DNA from: a virus
Taxonomy: Duplodnaviria > Caudoviricetes
Direction: 5' to 3' (one strand)
Length of the DNA stretch: 60,992 nt
IMG/VR virus record: IMGVR_UViG_3300030202_000714
Coordinates: 1-60,992 of that record
Of this stretch, positions 6,669 to 17,700 are shown piece by piece. Both the position numbers and the translations under genes were made by a program. Each line of letters opens with the position of its first letter. The stretch's first letter is position 1. Below the pieces are notes generated by a model. It searched no databases. It was not told where the DNA came from and saw only the letters and a list, made by a program, of their open reading frames with translations.

Positions 6669-8087
6669 ATGGCAAAACCTATTACAAATAAAGTAAAAAC
6701 AGGCCAAATACCTGTAATTAAGAAAGACTTAGACAGTGGTGTCATAGCTGAGGCTAATAATGACGGTACTATATATTTAGACAAGTCTGTTAAAAATGAC
6801 AGCCCTCTTGCAAAAGAAGCTATAGCACACGAAATGGTGCATATGGATCAAATGGCTAGAGGTGATCTAAACTACAATGACGATAAGGTTTTTTGGAAGG
6901 GTAAAGAATATGACCGCGACGATATGAACGAGGGGTCAAAACAATTACCATGGGAAAAAGAAGCTTACGATAAAACTAAAAATATGAAAAAATCCCCAAA
7001 CAAATACTCTCTTAGTAAAGGTGCAATAAGGACCAATAGAGATGTAGTTACTACTAAATTAAGAGCTGATGCTGATAAAACAGCAGCTATAGGCGCAGCC
7101 GTAGGTACGGTTACTAGTAAAATACCTAGTTTTGACGACTATGAGAATCAAAAAGATAATGATGTTGATGTAGGTACAGATGATCTAGTAACAGATTCTG
7201 GTGCTAACATGAACTTAAAAAACAAAAATAAATCAGCTATAAAGATGAAATCAACTCCTATTACACAAAAAGCTAAATCACCTGCGAAACTCGCACCGTT
7301 AGCCGCTATGGCTGGTAAAGCACTTATTGGTGCTGCCGCTAATAAAGTGGTTGATTCTGCTATGAAAATGAAATCTCCTTTACATGTTGAAACAACAGAA
7401 ACCAGAGAGTTTAAAGGTAACTTAGGTGATGAAACTGGAACGTTTACAGAAACAAAAACAACTAAGAAAAGTAAAGAAAAGAAAGAAAGTGTTAAAAACT
7501 TTGCTAATTCTTGTTATAACGAAGATGGTAGTAAAAAAGCTGAAGGAACAATTGTAGGTGATATAAAATGTAGCTGGAAAGATGATGAAGATTTTGATCC
7601 AGAAAGTGAGTATGAAACAAAAGAAGAAACTATATATGATACAGCTTTTCAAAACGAAAAAGATAAAGTTGTAACACCAGGCGATCCAGGTAGACCGAAT
7701 ATGGGGTATTACGAGTCTCTAGATAGCAAAATGGGTGCTGGTGTAAGAGGTAGATCTAACAAAAGAGTAAATAGAAAAGCTAACAGCGCTGGCGCTAAGT
7801 TTGACAGAATGGATGGTAGAGGTAAAACACCACTTAATCCTAAGACTGGTGAGCCTTACACTAGAGAAGAATATATTAAAAACGTATCTGGTGCTTTTGA
7901 AATACCAGATGCTTTTGTAGGTAAAAGAGAAAAAAGTACACCTGGATCTGAAAAAGAAGTTATAAAAGGGGCAGACCCAGATAAACAAACTTATAAAATA
8001 GTAGATGGCGAAGCTGTCGCTGTTATGAACAAAAATAATAAAAATAAAAGTGCTTTCAAAATGAAAGGTTGGAAAGCATATAATTAA
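6669..8087 (+). CDS. Zincin (HExxH) metalloprotease domain fused to a basic low-complexity region
   Basis: AIAHEMVH (6828-6842) with downstream PWEKEAY; repeated KS[AP]xK motifs. Confidence 0.7.
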   Translation: MAKPITNKVKTGQIPVIKKDLDSGVIAEANNDGTIYLDKSVKNDSPLAKEAIAHEMVHMDQMARGDLNYNDDKVFWKGKEYDRDDMNEGSKQLPWEKEAYDKTKNMKKSPNKYSLSKGAIRTNRDVVTTKLRADADKTAAIGAAVGTVTSKIPSFDDYENQKDNDVDVGTDDLVTDSGANMNLKNKNKSAIKMKSTPITQKAKSPAKLAPLAAMAGKALIGAAANKVVDSAMKMKSPLHVETTETREFKGNLGDETGTFTETKTTKKSKEKKESVKNFANSCYNEDGSKKAEGTIVGDIKCSWKDDEDFDPESEYETKEETIYDTAFQNEKDKVVTPGDPGRPNMGYYESLDSKMGAGVRGRSNKRVNRKANSAGAKFDRMDGRGKTPLNPKTGEPYTREEYIKNVSGAFEIPDAFVGKREKSTPGSEKEVIKGADPDKQTYKIVDGEAVAVMNKNNKNKSAFKMKGWKAYN

Positions 8088-8113
8088 TAAACAAGGACTA
8101 AACAATTAAAACA

Positions 8114-8851
8114 ATGGGAACAAAAGGAAACAAAGCCTCTAACATTTATCAAGTGTTAAAAGGTGCAGGTGCTTGGCAGAGTAAAGACTCGCAAGGACCT
8201 ATGATTAAAGGTGTTGGTATTAAATCACCACTAAATATGAAAGCTTCACCGGCAAAAATAATGCCTTCTCCAAAGGTGACTGAAAAAATAGATAAACCAG
8301 TAAAGAAAACTTCATACTCAGAAGCTTACAAAAAGCGTGATATGAAAACTTATGGTAATTTAACAGAAGCTGAATATACAGCAGAAGCTAAAAGACAAAA
8401 TAAGTCTAAAAAAGAAACTGGTAAGTGGGATGCGCCTAAAAAGCAAATGGAGTCTAAAGAAAATAAGAAGAAGGACGATCCAAAAGATACTACTACTACT
8501 ACGACTACAACAACTACTGATCCTAAGAAGGAGGAAAATGTTAAGTCTACTGAAGTTACTGTTAAGTCTAGAAAACAACTTAGAAATGAAAGAAGAGCTA
8601 AGAGGTTATCTGATAAAGCTAAAGATAAAGGTAGTTTAACAAAAGGTCAACAAAAAAGATTAGCTATTGCTGAAGAGAAAGCTTCTGGTAAGTCTGGTAA
8701 AGATGCTAGAGATGCTGCTAAGAAAAAGCTAGCACCAAAAGAAGAGGGTGATTCGCCTGCTAAAAAAGCTTTAGTTGGTAAGCAAAAGAACTTACCTGAG
8801 GACTTAAAAGCTAAAATTAAAGCTTCACCTGCTAAAAAATACAAAAAATAA
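8114..8851 (+). CDS. Lys-rich basic protein with SPAK repeats
   Basis: Three SPAK motifs, one SPLN, poly-Thr stretch. Confidence 0.7.
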   Translation: MGTKGNKASNIYQVLKGAGAWQSKDSQGPMIKGVGIKSPLNMKASPAKIMPSPKVTEKIDKPVKKTSYSEAYKKRDMKTYGNLTEAEYTAEAKRQNKSKKETGKWDAPKKQMESKENKKKDDPKDTTTTTTTTTTDPKKEENVKSTEVTVKSRKQLRNERRAKRLSDKAKDKGSLTKGQQKRLAIAEEKASGKSGKDARDAAKKKLAPKEEGDSPAKKALVGKQKNLPEDLKAKIKASPAKKYKK

Positions 8852-9259
8852 ATGTCAAAAATACTAGCTAAACTTTTCGGCGGTGCTGGAGGCAGTGTTG
8901 TCGAAAAGATAAGCGGTGTTGTAGATAAGTTCGTAAGAACTAAAGATGAGAAAGCAGCTTTTGAAAAAGAGATGACGCAAATTCTCATTGAAGCAGAAGC
9001 CGCTATGCAAAAAAACGTAACCGAAAGATGGAAAGCAGATCTAGAACATGGTAACTGGCTTACGCGAAGCGTACGTCCATTAGTCCTTGTTTTTTTAATA
9101 GTCAGTACTGTGATCATGGTTTTCATAGATAGTGGTTCAATAGCATTTGAAGTAGATGAAAAATGGACGGATTTACTTCAATTAGTGCTTATGACTACGA
9201 TCGGTGCCTATTTTGGCGGACGAAGCGTTGAAAAATTTAACAAAATAAAAAACAAATGA
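8852..9259 (+). CDS. Holin-like protein (GTA 3TM holin type)
   Basis: RWKAD...WLTRSVRP, two hydrophobic segments, GAYFGGRS.EK. Confidence 0.75.
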   Translation: MSKILAKLFGGAGGSVVEKISGVVDKFVRTKDEKAAFEKEMTQILIEAEAAMQKNVTERWKADLEHGNWLTRSVRPLVLVFLIVSTVIMVFIDSGSIAFEVDEKWTDLLQLVLMTTIGAYFGGRSVEKFNKIKNK

Positions 9260-9260
9260 A

Positions 9261-9965
9261 ATGGCTAGAATTAATCAGTATACAAAAGATACAAACATTA
9301 CTGGTTCAGACAAGTTTATTGGGTCTGATTCTAGCGGAGCTACTAGAAACTTTTTAGTAGAAGATTTACAAACCTTTCTAGCTGAAACAGCTACATCAGG
9401 TTCTAGTAGCCGTTTTTCATATAAGTACAAAACCGTTGGTACATCTAGTGGGGATATGGTATTCACTTTTTCTAGTGGTAGTACTTTTGCTAATGTAACA
9501 AGCATAAAAATAAGTAAGTATAATTATAGAAGACCATCTATTGATATAAGTAAAGCTTTAGAGCTTTTAAATGGTAAAGATATAATTATATATGATGTAA
9601 ATAATAGAAATAACTATGGTGTATATAAAGCTGGTAATATAGCTGTAGATAGTAATGATAGTAATTTTTATGATTTACCTATTACAATGAAAAAGAACAA
9701 TAGTTCTGTTACAATTGACAAAATATACGGTATAGATCTATTTGCTGGTAGCGATGTAAACTACGTACATCATCAAAATAACGCAGCTACTACTTGGTCA
9801 ATAAACCACAATCTTGGTAAATTTCCTAGTGTTAGTATAAAATTCTCAAGTTCTGATAATGTTTATACTAATGTTGGTGCTTTTGCTGGGGTTGTATATA
9901 CCGATGAAAATAACTTAACAATAAACTTAGCGGCCCAAGAAAGTGGATACGCATACTTAAACTAA
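9261..9965 (+). CDS. Virion/tail structural protein
   Basis: C-terminal W.INHNLGKFPSV...SGYAYLN module typical of phage fibre or collar proteins. Confidence 0.6.
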   Translation: MARINQYTKDTNITGSDKFIGSDSSGATRNFLVEDLQTFLAETATSGSSSRFSYKYKTVGTSSGDMVFTFSSGSTFANVTSIKISKYNYRRPSIDISKALELLNGKDIIIYDVNNRNNYGVYKAGNIAVDSNDSNFYDLPITMKKNNSSVTIDKIYGIDLFAGSDVNYVHHQNNAATTWSINHNLGKFPSVSIKFSSSDNVYTNVGAFAGVVYTDENNLTINLAAQESGYAYLN

Positions 9966-9972
9966 AAAAACA

Positions 9973-11622
9973 ATGGCAATACCTATTTTAAATCACTTAG
10001 ATCTACGAAGCGTATCGGAATTAAGAAATGCGATCCTTCATAAGACATCATCAGGATCAGCTACTCATGCTGCTGGTAAAATAATATATGACTCGGGGGC
10101 TGTAAAAGTTTCTGATGGATCAGCTTGGTTTGATCTTTCTGGAGATATAAAACAAGTTAAAGTAATTGCTGATAGTGGTGATTACGATGTTACAAATGGT
10201 AATTTCGTATTAACAATATCTGGAGATACTGGTATAACTACAAGCATTACTAGTTCTACGTTGTCAATTGATCTTGATGACACATCTACTGATATGACTG
10301 CTACAAACAGCGGTGTATATGGATCTTCTACAGCAATTCCAGTAATTACTGTTGACAGACAAGGTAGGTTAACAAACGCTACGACAACAAGTATATCCAC
10401 ATCGTTTACTATTAAAGATGACGACGACGACGATCTAGTTATCGATATGGGTAAAGAGATTAAATTCTTAGGTGATGGTATCGGTATTGACTGGACAGAC
10501 ATTGATACTGGTAATGATACTGATCCTTATGATTTAACATTTACAAACACAGATAAAGGTTCTGGTCAAAATATATTTAAAACAGTAGCTATAAACCCTT
10601 CACATAGTGGTACAACTACTTACGCATCAACAAGAGATCTTACAGCTGATAGCAATAATGATACTTTAAAGGTATTTGATGGTGATGGTATTGATGTTGT
10701 TGGTGCTGCTGAAGATGATATAATGAAAATATCTGTAGATAATACAGTTGTTAGAACATCAGGTGCTCAAACAATTGCTGGTACTAAAACGTTTAGCAAC
10801 GAGGTTATTATAAATGGTAACTTAACAGTATCTGGTACACAAACAACTAAAGCATCCGAAACAGTATTAATTGAAGATAATATAATTACATTAAATAGTA
10901 ATGAAACTGGTTCTGCTTCTGAAAATGCTGGTATTGAAATTGAAAGAGGAAGTGATACAAATGTATTATTAAGATGGACAGAGGGAAGTGATAGATGGCA
11001 GTTTACTAACGATGGTTCTACATACTACAATATTCCAATACCTAGTGAATATGATAATTTTAACTTTAGTGTAAAAGCATTAAACGGTTCTGGTAATTTA
11101 ACAACACAAGAGGTTGCTGACGGCGGAGTTGTTACTTTTACAGCTGGACAAGTTGCTAGCACGGATGGTATTGATGTTGTTATTAGTGGAGATGATACAA
11201 TTACTATATCACACCATGACACATCTAGTCAAGCTTCTGTAAACAATACAGGTAGAACTTATATTCAAGATATAACTTTAGATACATACGGTCACATTAC
11301 CGCTATTACCTCTGCTACAGAATCAGTAGTTGATACAAATACTCAATTAGTTACTAAATCAGCACTTATTGACGTAAGTGTAATGGATGACACCGCTACA
11401 CATAGAGCAGCTTCTATAGCTCACAATATGGACTCTGAAAAAATAATGGTTCAATTGTTTGATATATCAACTGGAGGTGTTGTTTTTGCTGATATAGTTC
11501 ATGTTGATGAAAACACTGTTAAAATAACATTTGCTTCAATACCAACAAATGATATTAGAGTTCTTATGATAGATCTTAAAGATACATTAAGTGATCTAAC
11601 ACCTACATACAGTAACTCATAG
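9973..11622 (+). CDS. Tail fibre protein
   Basis: GAQTIAGTKTFS, ITVDRQGRLT, GNLTVSG...EDNIITLN fibre modules. Confidence 0.75.
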   Translation: MAIPILNHLDLRSVSELRNAILHKTSSGSATHAAGKIIYDSGAVKVSDGSAWFDLSGDIKQVKVIADSGDYDVTNGNFVLTISGDTGITTSITSSTLSIDLDDTSTDMTATNSGVYGSSTAIPVITVDRQGRLTNATTTSISTSFTIKDDDDDDLVIDMGKEIKFLGDGIGIDWTDIDTGNDTDPYDLTFTNTDKGSGQNIFKTVAINPSHSGTTTYASTRDLTADSNNDTLKVFDGDGIDVVGAAEDDIMKISVDNTVVRTSGAQTIAGTKTFSNEVIINGNLTVSGTQTTKASETVLIEDNIITLNSNETGSASENAGIEIERGSDTNVLLRWTEGSDRWQFTNDGSTYYNIPIPSEYDNFNFSVKALNGSGNLTTQEVADGGVVTFTAGQVASTDGIDVVISGDDTITISHHDTSSQASVNNTGRTYIQDITLDTYGHITAITSATESVVDTNTQLVTKSALIDVSVMDDTATHRAASIAHNMDSEKIMVQLFDISTGGVVFADIVHVDENTVKITFASIPTNDIRVLMIDLKDTLSDLTPTYSNS

Positions 11623-11640
11623 TAATAAAATAAAAAAATA

Positions 11641-11666
11641 AGGCGGTACGTGAGTACCGTCTTTTT
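11641..11666 (+). terminator. Rho-independent terminator
   Basis: AGGCGGTAC-GTGA-GTACCGTCT followed by TTTT. Confidence 0.8.
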
Positions 11667-11684
11667 ATCAATTAAATAATAAAT

Positions 11685-14600
11685 ATGGCTCAACAATTTC
11701 TTACAGGTGTAAAAATAACCGCTGGCGACGAGAATACTTTATATCTCAACACTGGGTCTACTGGCCAAGAAACAGCTATTTTTTACCAAGTAAATGGTTC
11801 TTATAAATTTGAACAAAGAGTAGGAACTAACTGGGAATTGTATAATTATACTACATCTAATTGGGACTTTCATCTACAAGGTTCAACTGGTTATTTAGCT
11901 TTAGGTCATAATTCACCTGGAGCTGGACTTCACGTAAAAGGTACAACCAACCTAGCATCAAGATTTATATTCACGAAAGACTTATCTACAGACAAAATAC
12001 TATTTGGTGGTGCAGACCACGATAATTTTGATACTTTTGTAGGTTCCTCAAGCAATCATTCATTTACTATAACCCAAAATGGAGCAGCTGCTATAACTGT
12101 AGACACGTCTAAACACTCAACTTTTGCAGGTAATGTTACGTTGTCAAGCACTGGTCCTTTGTTACATCTCGCTAATACAACGTCTACAACTGGTAAAACT
12201 TGGAGGTTTAGTTCAGCAGCAAATGGTAAATTTTATATTACTCAAGAGGGTGTTGTAGATGCAGTTACACTTGATCACACAACAGGTAACGCAACTTTTG
12301 CAGGAGGTGTAACTGTTGAAGGTGGAACTTTAGAATTAGGTAAAGCAGATACATCATCTGGTCATATCAACGCTAAAGAGTTAATGACTTTTAATATTGA
12401 CACAGATAATGATGATACTAACAGATATTTTGCTTGGTATAAAAATAGTTCATCTGGTAGTGGTACTGAGTTAGTAAGAATAAAAGAAGACGGAACTGTC
12501 GGAATAGGAACTGACGATCCTGCATTTAATTTAGAAGTTTTTTCAGCCGCAAACAGTACTACAGCAATAGGTATAGGTAATTCAGGTACTGCTGCATCAA
12601 GATTATATTTAGACGCATCTAATGGTGATTATTCAGGTAGTGACTATATGTGGATTGGTCAAAATAATGACTTATCTGGTGAAATTTTTATGGCTCAAAA
12701 TGCTGGATCATTTAAAATAAAAACACAACCAGGTGGTGTATCAACAACTCAGTTTGAAATAGCTCAAAATGGTAATGCAACTTTTACAGGTAAAATATCA
12801 TCAAAGCATATAAAATATTGTAATAAATCTATATCAAATAGTTATGAAAGAATCTACTTTGCAGCAGCAAATACTTCTCAATTAGCTACTGCAGTTAGAT
12901 TAACAGGAACAACACATGGTAGTAGTCATGTTGCTAATTTTACAGCAGATATATTAGTAAACCACTATCAAGATGTTTTTATAACATCAAAGAGTGGGGC
13001 TTATACACAAGTTACATTAAAAGTTTCAAGTAATAATAATGGAGATTATACATTATTTGTAAAATCAGCTTCTTCTAGCGCATCTACTTATTATTTTAAA
13101 ATAGAAGCAATATCAGATAATGTAGATTTAACAACTTTACCATCATCAACCGCGTCAAGTAATACAACACATGAACATACTACTGTATTTGGTAGCAACG
13201 CAACTGGAACAGGTGGTACGTTAGAACATAAGCACGGAGGTAAACTTGGTATGTCAAGTGGATATGCTAGTGGAAAGTTTGCCGTAATGTCTAATAATGT
13301 TCATGGTTCATACGATTTTTATAATAATGGTACTTCTTATTTTAACGGCGGTGTAACAATTGATGCAAGCCTTAATCAAACAAGTGGTGCTTCTTCAAAT
13401 TTTTCAGGAGACATAACAATAAAAAAACCTGTAGATGGAGACTTTACAGGTCTACGTATTATGAACCAAAAAACATATGGTTCAGGTACAGGTATAAATG
13501 AAACAGCAAGATTAGTTTTAGGTATTGCAGAGAGCGGGCAAGCAGATTCTAATAGAGAAGGTTTTGTTATTGAAACATATACATCTACTGAAACTGACTC
13601 TTCTAATATAAATACTGAATTTAAAGTAAGAGATGGTGGCGCAATTGGTACTGCAGTAAAATTCCATGGTAATGATAAAAGTGTACAGTTTTATAGTCAT
13701 ATTAAAATTAACTCAGGTAAAGCACTTAGGTTATACAACGCGGCTGGAAGCGGTTGGGCTGAAATGGCTTTTAATGAAAGTCTTAATATGCTACAAATTC
13801 AAAGAGGTCTTGTAGCTTCAGGTGATAGCTCATTAAACTTAGGTACTAGTTCAGTTAGATGGGCTAATATTTGGGTAGACAATATAAACGGCGGCACACC
13901 TGTAAGTGGTAGTGGTGCTGATAATTATTTAGCTCTTTGGAATGGCACAGGCGCTATAGATCATGACACAGATTTTTATGTAGATAGTAGCACGTTGTAC
14001 ACAAACGCTTTAAGAATTACTAGTGATAATGCTTTTTATAGAGATACTATAAACAGTATTACTGGAGGAGAATCATGGAATGCAAGTAACGGATGGCATA
14101 GAATAATTGAAATATCAGGTGGTAGTGGTAGAGGTAAATGTCATTTCTTGATACAAACAGGTGGTGGTAGTGGTACACCGTGTAGAGTTGAAGCTATAGT
14201 TAATACAGCTTGGTCAAATTCTAACTCTACATTAACAATACTACATAATAGTTATCCAAACTTTATAACAGATATAAGAGTTGTAAGAAACGCAACAACT
14301 AATAAATCCTATGTAGATATAAAAGGTAGTGGTGAAGATTACGTTGATGTAACAATACTTCCAGATGGTTCTACAAGCGCAGCTATTGTAAACTTTACAA
14401 ACGTAAATTCATTACCAAGTAATGATACAATGGAAATACATCAAACATTGACAAATATGATTATGTCAATGTCTAGCGGACAAGGATCAGGTAATGGTTA
14501 TGATGGTAACGCTGGTACAGGACAAAAACCTTTCCAAGTAAAATATGATGGTTCAATTTTCGCTGAACAAGGGACTTTTGAAGGAACCATTTATACAAAT

Positions 14601-16385
14601 CAATATTTAACACATCTCGATGATGGAAATACATATTTAGAATTTGCAGGTGCTGATAATATAAAATTAGTTGCAGGTGGAAAAAATTATTTACACGCAC
14701 ATGATAATGGTAATTTATATTTATACGGTAATAATAGCACAGCGTTAACATTAGACGGTTCACAAAACGCAACTTTCGCAAATGATATTTTAACTGATGC
14801 AGATAGTTCAGCAGATATAGGAAAAACTGGTACACGTTGGGCTAATCTTTGGGTAGATAATATTAACGGAACTACACCGGTAACTGGTGGTCCTTTTTTA
14901 CCTTTAGTTGCTGGTTCAGGTTATCCTTTAACTGGAAGTCTTTATTTTAATAATTCTGTAAGATCTATAGTATGGCCTCACACATCTGGTCAAAGCTCTA
15001 GTAGATCATGGGCGTTTATAGGTGAACAAGGTTCTTATGGTAAGTTTGAATTAAGAAGATCTGATGCTGCCGACGATACACCAGATACTACTGTATTAGA
15101 ATTTGATTTAAATGGTAAAGCAACTTTTGCTAATGATGTAAGATTAGGTAGTTATACAGGTGCTAATACAGGTGGTGGCGGACAGACTGCGTATGGAGCG
15201 TTAAGTATATTTGAAAACTCTGGTACAGCTGCTTTATTTTTAGGTGTTAAAGATGCTAGTTATGCTAATAGAGGTTGGTCATTTAAAGCAACAGAAGTAG
15301 GTGTTAACTCTAAATTAGAATTAATAGAGCATGGGTTATCAGGAACTAGATTAACAATTACTAGCGGTGGTGACGTTGGTATAGGATATGGATCTCCTGG
15401 TTATAAATTAGAGGTTGCTGAAGATGTAGATGGTACGGCAGACTTATTAAGGTTAAGAAATTCTGATTCTACATATGCTCAAACTTGGGCGTTCCAATCA
15501 GATACAGCTAAAGATTTAGTAATTACAGGTTCAAGTAGTGCGGGTGGATTTAAAGTTGTTCCAGGATCAAGAGGATCAACATTTACAGGTAATGTAACAA
15601 TAACAGGTGATCTAACAGTTGGAGGAACTAACACTATATTAAACACACAAACAGTAGAAGTTGAAGATAATATACTACAACTTAACACAACACAAGGTTC
15701 ACCAGACACAGCTACGGCTACTACATCTGGTATATCTGTTTATAGAGGCAATGGTGTTACGCAAGCAAGTTTAATATTTGATGACGCAGACGATACATGG
15801 GATTTAACAAATAATTTTAAAGTTGATGGTAAAATAATTCCAAATGCTCATATTGAACTTCCTTATGGTGGTGAACTTAGAACATTAGATTCTAATGGTG
15901 CCGTAAGAACTATAGCTAGAGCAAACAGTAATAAATTACAATACGGTTGGAGTTACAACGGTGCAGTTGAGTTTATGGGTGGTGGTAGTTACTCACCTAA
16001 AATAACTATAAATACAGATGGTACAACAACTTTTGCAAATGCTATTGATGTTAATGGAAGTGTAACAGTACAAAGTGGTTTAGCTGCTTATTATTCACAA
16101 GCCACGTCTGCAACAACAACAACAACAATTGCTAGTGTAAACAAAACTACATACGGAGCTGCATTTTTTGACTATGTTGCTTATAAAGGTACTAATATTA
16201 GAGCTGGTACTATAACAGCGGTTAATGATGGAACGAATGTAGAGTATAATGAAACATCTACTACATCTTTAGGTGATACGTCTGATATAACATTTGAGGT
16301 TGTTATAGCTAGTACTCAAATGAGTCTACAAGCAACCACTACATCAAGCACGTGGACAATTAAAACAATGGTAAGAGCATTATAA
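11685..16385 (+). CDS. Long tail fibre protein (1566 aa, mosaic)
   Basis: Gly/Ser/Thr/Asn-rich; recurring GNATFAG and VGIGT..P motifs; duplicated RWAN[IL]WVDNING module. Confidence 0.8.
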   Translation: MAQQFLTGVKITAGDENTLYLNTGSTGQETAIFYQVNGSYKFEQRVGTNWELYNYTTSNWDFHLQGSTGYLALGHNSPGAGLHVKGTTNLASRFIFTKDLSTDKILFGGADHDNFDTFVGSSSNHSFTITQNGAAAITVDTSKHSTFAGNVTLSSTGPLLHLANTTSTTGKTWRFSSAANGKFYITQEGVVDAVTLDHTTGNATFAGGVTVEGGTLELGKADTSSGHINAKELMTFNIDTDNDDTNRYFAWYKNSSSGSGTELVRIKEDGTVGIGTDDPAFNLEVFSAANSTTAIGIGNSGTAASRLYLDASNGDYSGSDYMWIGQNNDLSGEIFMAQNAGSFKIKTQPGGVSTTQFEIAQNGNATFTGKISSKHIKYCNKSISNSYERIYFAAANTSQLATAVRLTGTTHGSSHVANFTADILVNHYQDVFITSKSGAYTQVTLKVSSNNNGDYTLFVKSASSSASTYYFKIEAISDNVDLTTLPSSTASSNTTHEHTTVFGSNATGTGGTLEHKHGGKLGMSSGYASGKFAVMSNNVHGSYDFYNNGTSYFNGGVTIDASLNQTSGASSNFSGDITIKKPVDGDFTGLRIMNQKTYGSGTGINETARLVLGIAESGQADSNREGFVIETYTSTETDSSNINTEFKVRDGGAIGTAVKFHGNDKSVQFYSHIKINSGKALRLYNAAGSGWAEMAFNESLNMLQIQRGLVASGDSSLNLGTSSVRWANIWVDNINGGTPVSGSGADNYLALWNGTGAIDHDTDFYVDSSTLYTNALRITSDNAFYRDTINSITGGESWNASNGWHRIIEISGGSGRGKCHFLIQTGGGSGTPCRVEAIVNTAWSNSNSTLTILHNSYPNFITDIRVVRNATTNKSYVDIKGSGEDYVDVTILPDGSTSAAIVNFTNVNSLPSNDTMEIHQTLTNMIMSMSSGQGSGNGYDGNAGTGQKPFQVKYDGSIFAEQGTFEGTIYTNQYLTHLDDGNTYLEFAGADNIKLVAGGKNYLHAHDNGNLYLYGNNSTALTLDGSQNATFANDILTDADSSADIGKTGTRWANLWVDNINGTTPVTGGPFLPLVAGSGYPLTGSLYFNNSVRSIVWPHTSGQSSSRSWAFIGEQGSYGKFELRRSDAADDTPDTTVLEFDLNGKATFANDVRLGSYTGANTGGGGQTAYGALSIFENSGTAALFLGVKDASYANRGWSFKATEVGVNSKLELIEHGLSGTRLTITSGGDVGIGYGSPGYKLEVAEDVDGTADLLRLRNSDSTYAQTWAFQSDTAKDLVITGSSSAGGFKVVPGSRGSTFTGNVTITGDLTVGGTNTILNTQTVEVEDNILQLNTTQGSPDTATATTSGISVYRGNGVTQASLIFDDADDTWDLTNNFKVDGKIIPNAHIELPYGGELRTLDSNGAVRTIARANSNKLQYGWSYNGAVEFMGGGSYSPKITINTDGTTTFANAIDVNGSVTVQSGLAAYYSQATSATTTTTIASVNKTTYGAAFFDYVAYKGTNIRAGTITAVNDGTNVEYNETSTTSLGDTSDITFEVVIASTQMSLQATTTSSTWTIKTMVRAL

Positions 16386-17698
16386 TGGGAATAGCAAGAG
16401 GAACAAATATAGTAACAAACGGTTTGATATATGGGCATGACACTGGTCATAATCCAAGTATAACTGGTTTAGATAGTCAACCTCATCATAATGATTATAG
16501 GTTTTACAAAGGCGTACCAGATACAAATGTAATTTCTTCTGGTATACCAGGTTATTTTGGATCAGGTGGAACGACTTTGTATCAAAAAACATTAAATGGG
16601 TTTTCATCAGCATCTGGCGTGTTTCAAAGAAATTATGTAACTAACCCAGCTCAAGCTAATACTGGTACGTATAACAATAACGCAGGTTTATTTCATAGTG
16701 GACTTTCATTTAATAGTCTTTCTGCTAACACAGAATACATAATGATTAGTTTTGATTTTTATATGATAACACCATATGTTAGACACTCAAGCTCAGGTAC
16801 TGGTTTAAATGGTTATCTAGGTGTAACATATACTGATGGATCAGGTGGTAATCATGGTTGGAATACTTCATTAGCTGGTAACGCTGGTGATGACTGGAAT
16901 AACAATAGTGCATATGTTGGTAAGTGGAGGAAAATAGCTTTAATAGCTGATTTAACAGATAGTAAAACACCTAGTTCTATTAACGCTATGTATATATATA
17001 ACGATAGAACTATTCAAGGAGAAGGTATATTTACAAACTTTGTTATAACTGAACATACAACACTACCTACATCACCTGTACAATGGATTGCTCAAAACGG
17101 AAGTAGAAGTAATACTCAGTGTTTAAATGATTTAGCAAGTTCATCGATTATAGATGTATCAAACGTTTCTTTTGATTCAACTGGTCAACCAACTTTTGAT
17201 GGAACAAGTGATTATTTTACTACATCACATCTTTCTACACCAAGTTCAACAAAATTAACATTTGAATCAATTTTTAAATTTAATGGTAGCTTAGATAGTA
17301 ATGATAGAAAAGTGTTTCACTGGGATAAAACAGGTTCATCTAACGCTGTTGCTCAAATAAGAAAAGGAACAAATAACGGTAGATTAATGTATCAACATCA
17401 CAACTCTCAATGGTACACATTATCTGTTGATGACGTTGTTACAGCAAATGATTTTATACATATAGTAGTTGTTCATAGTGGTACAACAGCAACTATGTAT
17501 AAAAATGGTACTCAGGTAGGTACTACAACCGTGGGCTCTTTAAATTATACTAACGCCGCTGAAATACTAGTGGGATATAGAGCTAATGCTGAGTATTGGA
17601 AAGGTGATATACCTGTGTTAAAAGTATATGATGTTGCGCTTTCTACAACTCAAATAACACAAAACTATAACGCATATAAAAACAGATTTAATTTATAA
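16385..17698 (+). CDS. LamG/ConA-like lectin-domain virion protein
   Basis: FDGTSDY...HIVVV...MYKNG...KGDI..LKVY..ALS. Confidence 0.75.
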   Translation: MGIARGTNIVTNGLIYGHDTGHNPSITGLDSQPHHNDYRFYKGVPDTNVISSGIPGYFGSGGTTLYQKTLNGFSSASGVFQRNYVTNPAQANTGTYNNNAGLFHSGLSFNSLSANTEYIMISFDFYMITPYVRHSSSGTGLNGYLGVTYTDGSGGNHGWNTSLAGNAGDDWNNNSAYVGKWRKIALIADLTDSKTPSSINAMYIYNDRTIQGEGIFTNFVITEHTTLPTSPVQWIAQNGSRSNTQCLNDLASSSIIDVSNVSFDSTGQPTFDGTSDYFTTSHLSTPSSTKLTFESIFKFNGSLDSNDRKVFHWDKTGSSNAVAQIRKGTNNGRLMYQHHNSQWYTLSVDDVVTANDFIHIVVVHSGTTATMYKNGTQVGTTTVGSLNYTNAAEILVGYRANAEYWKGDIPVLKVYDVALSTTQITQNYNAYKNRFNL

Positions 17699-17700
17699 TT

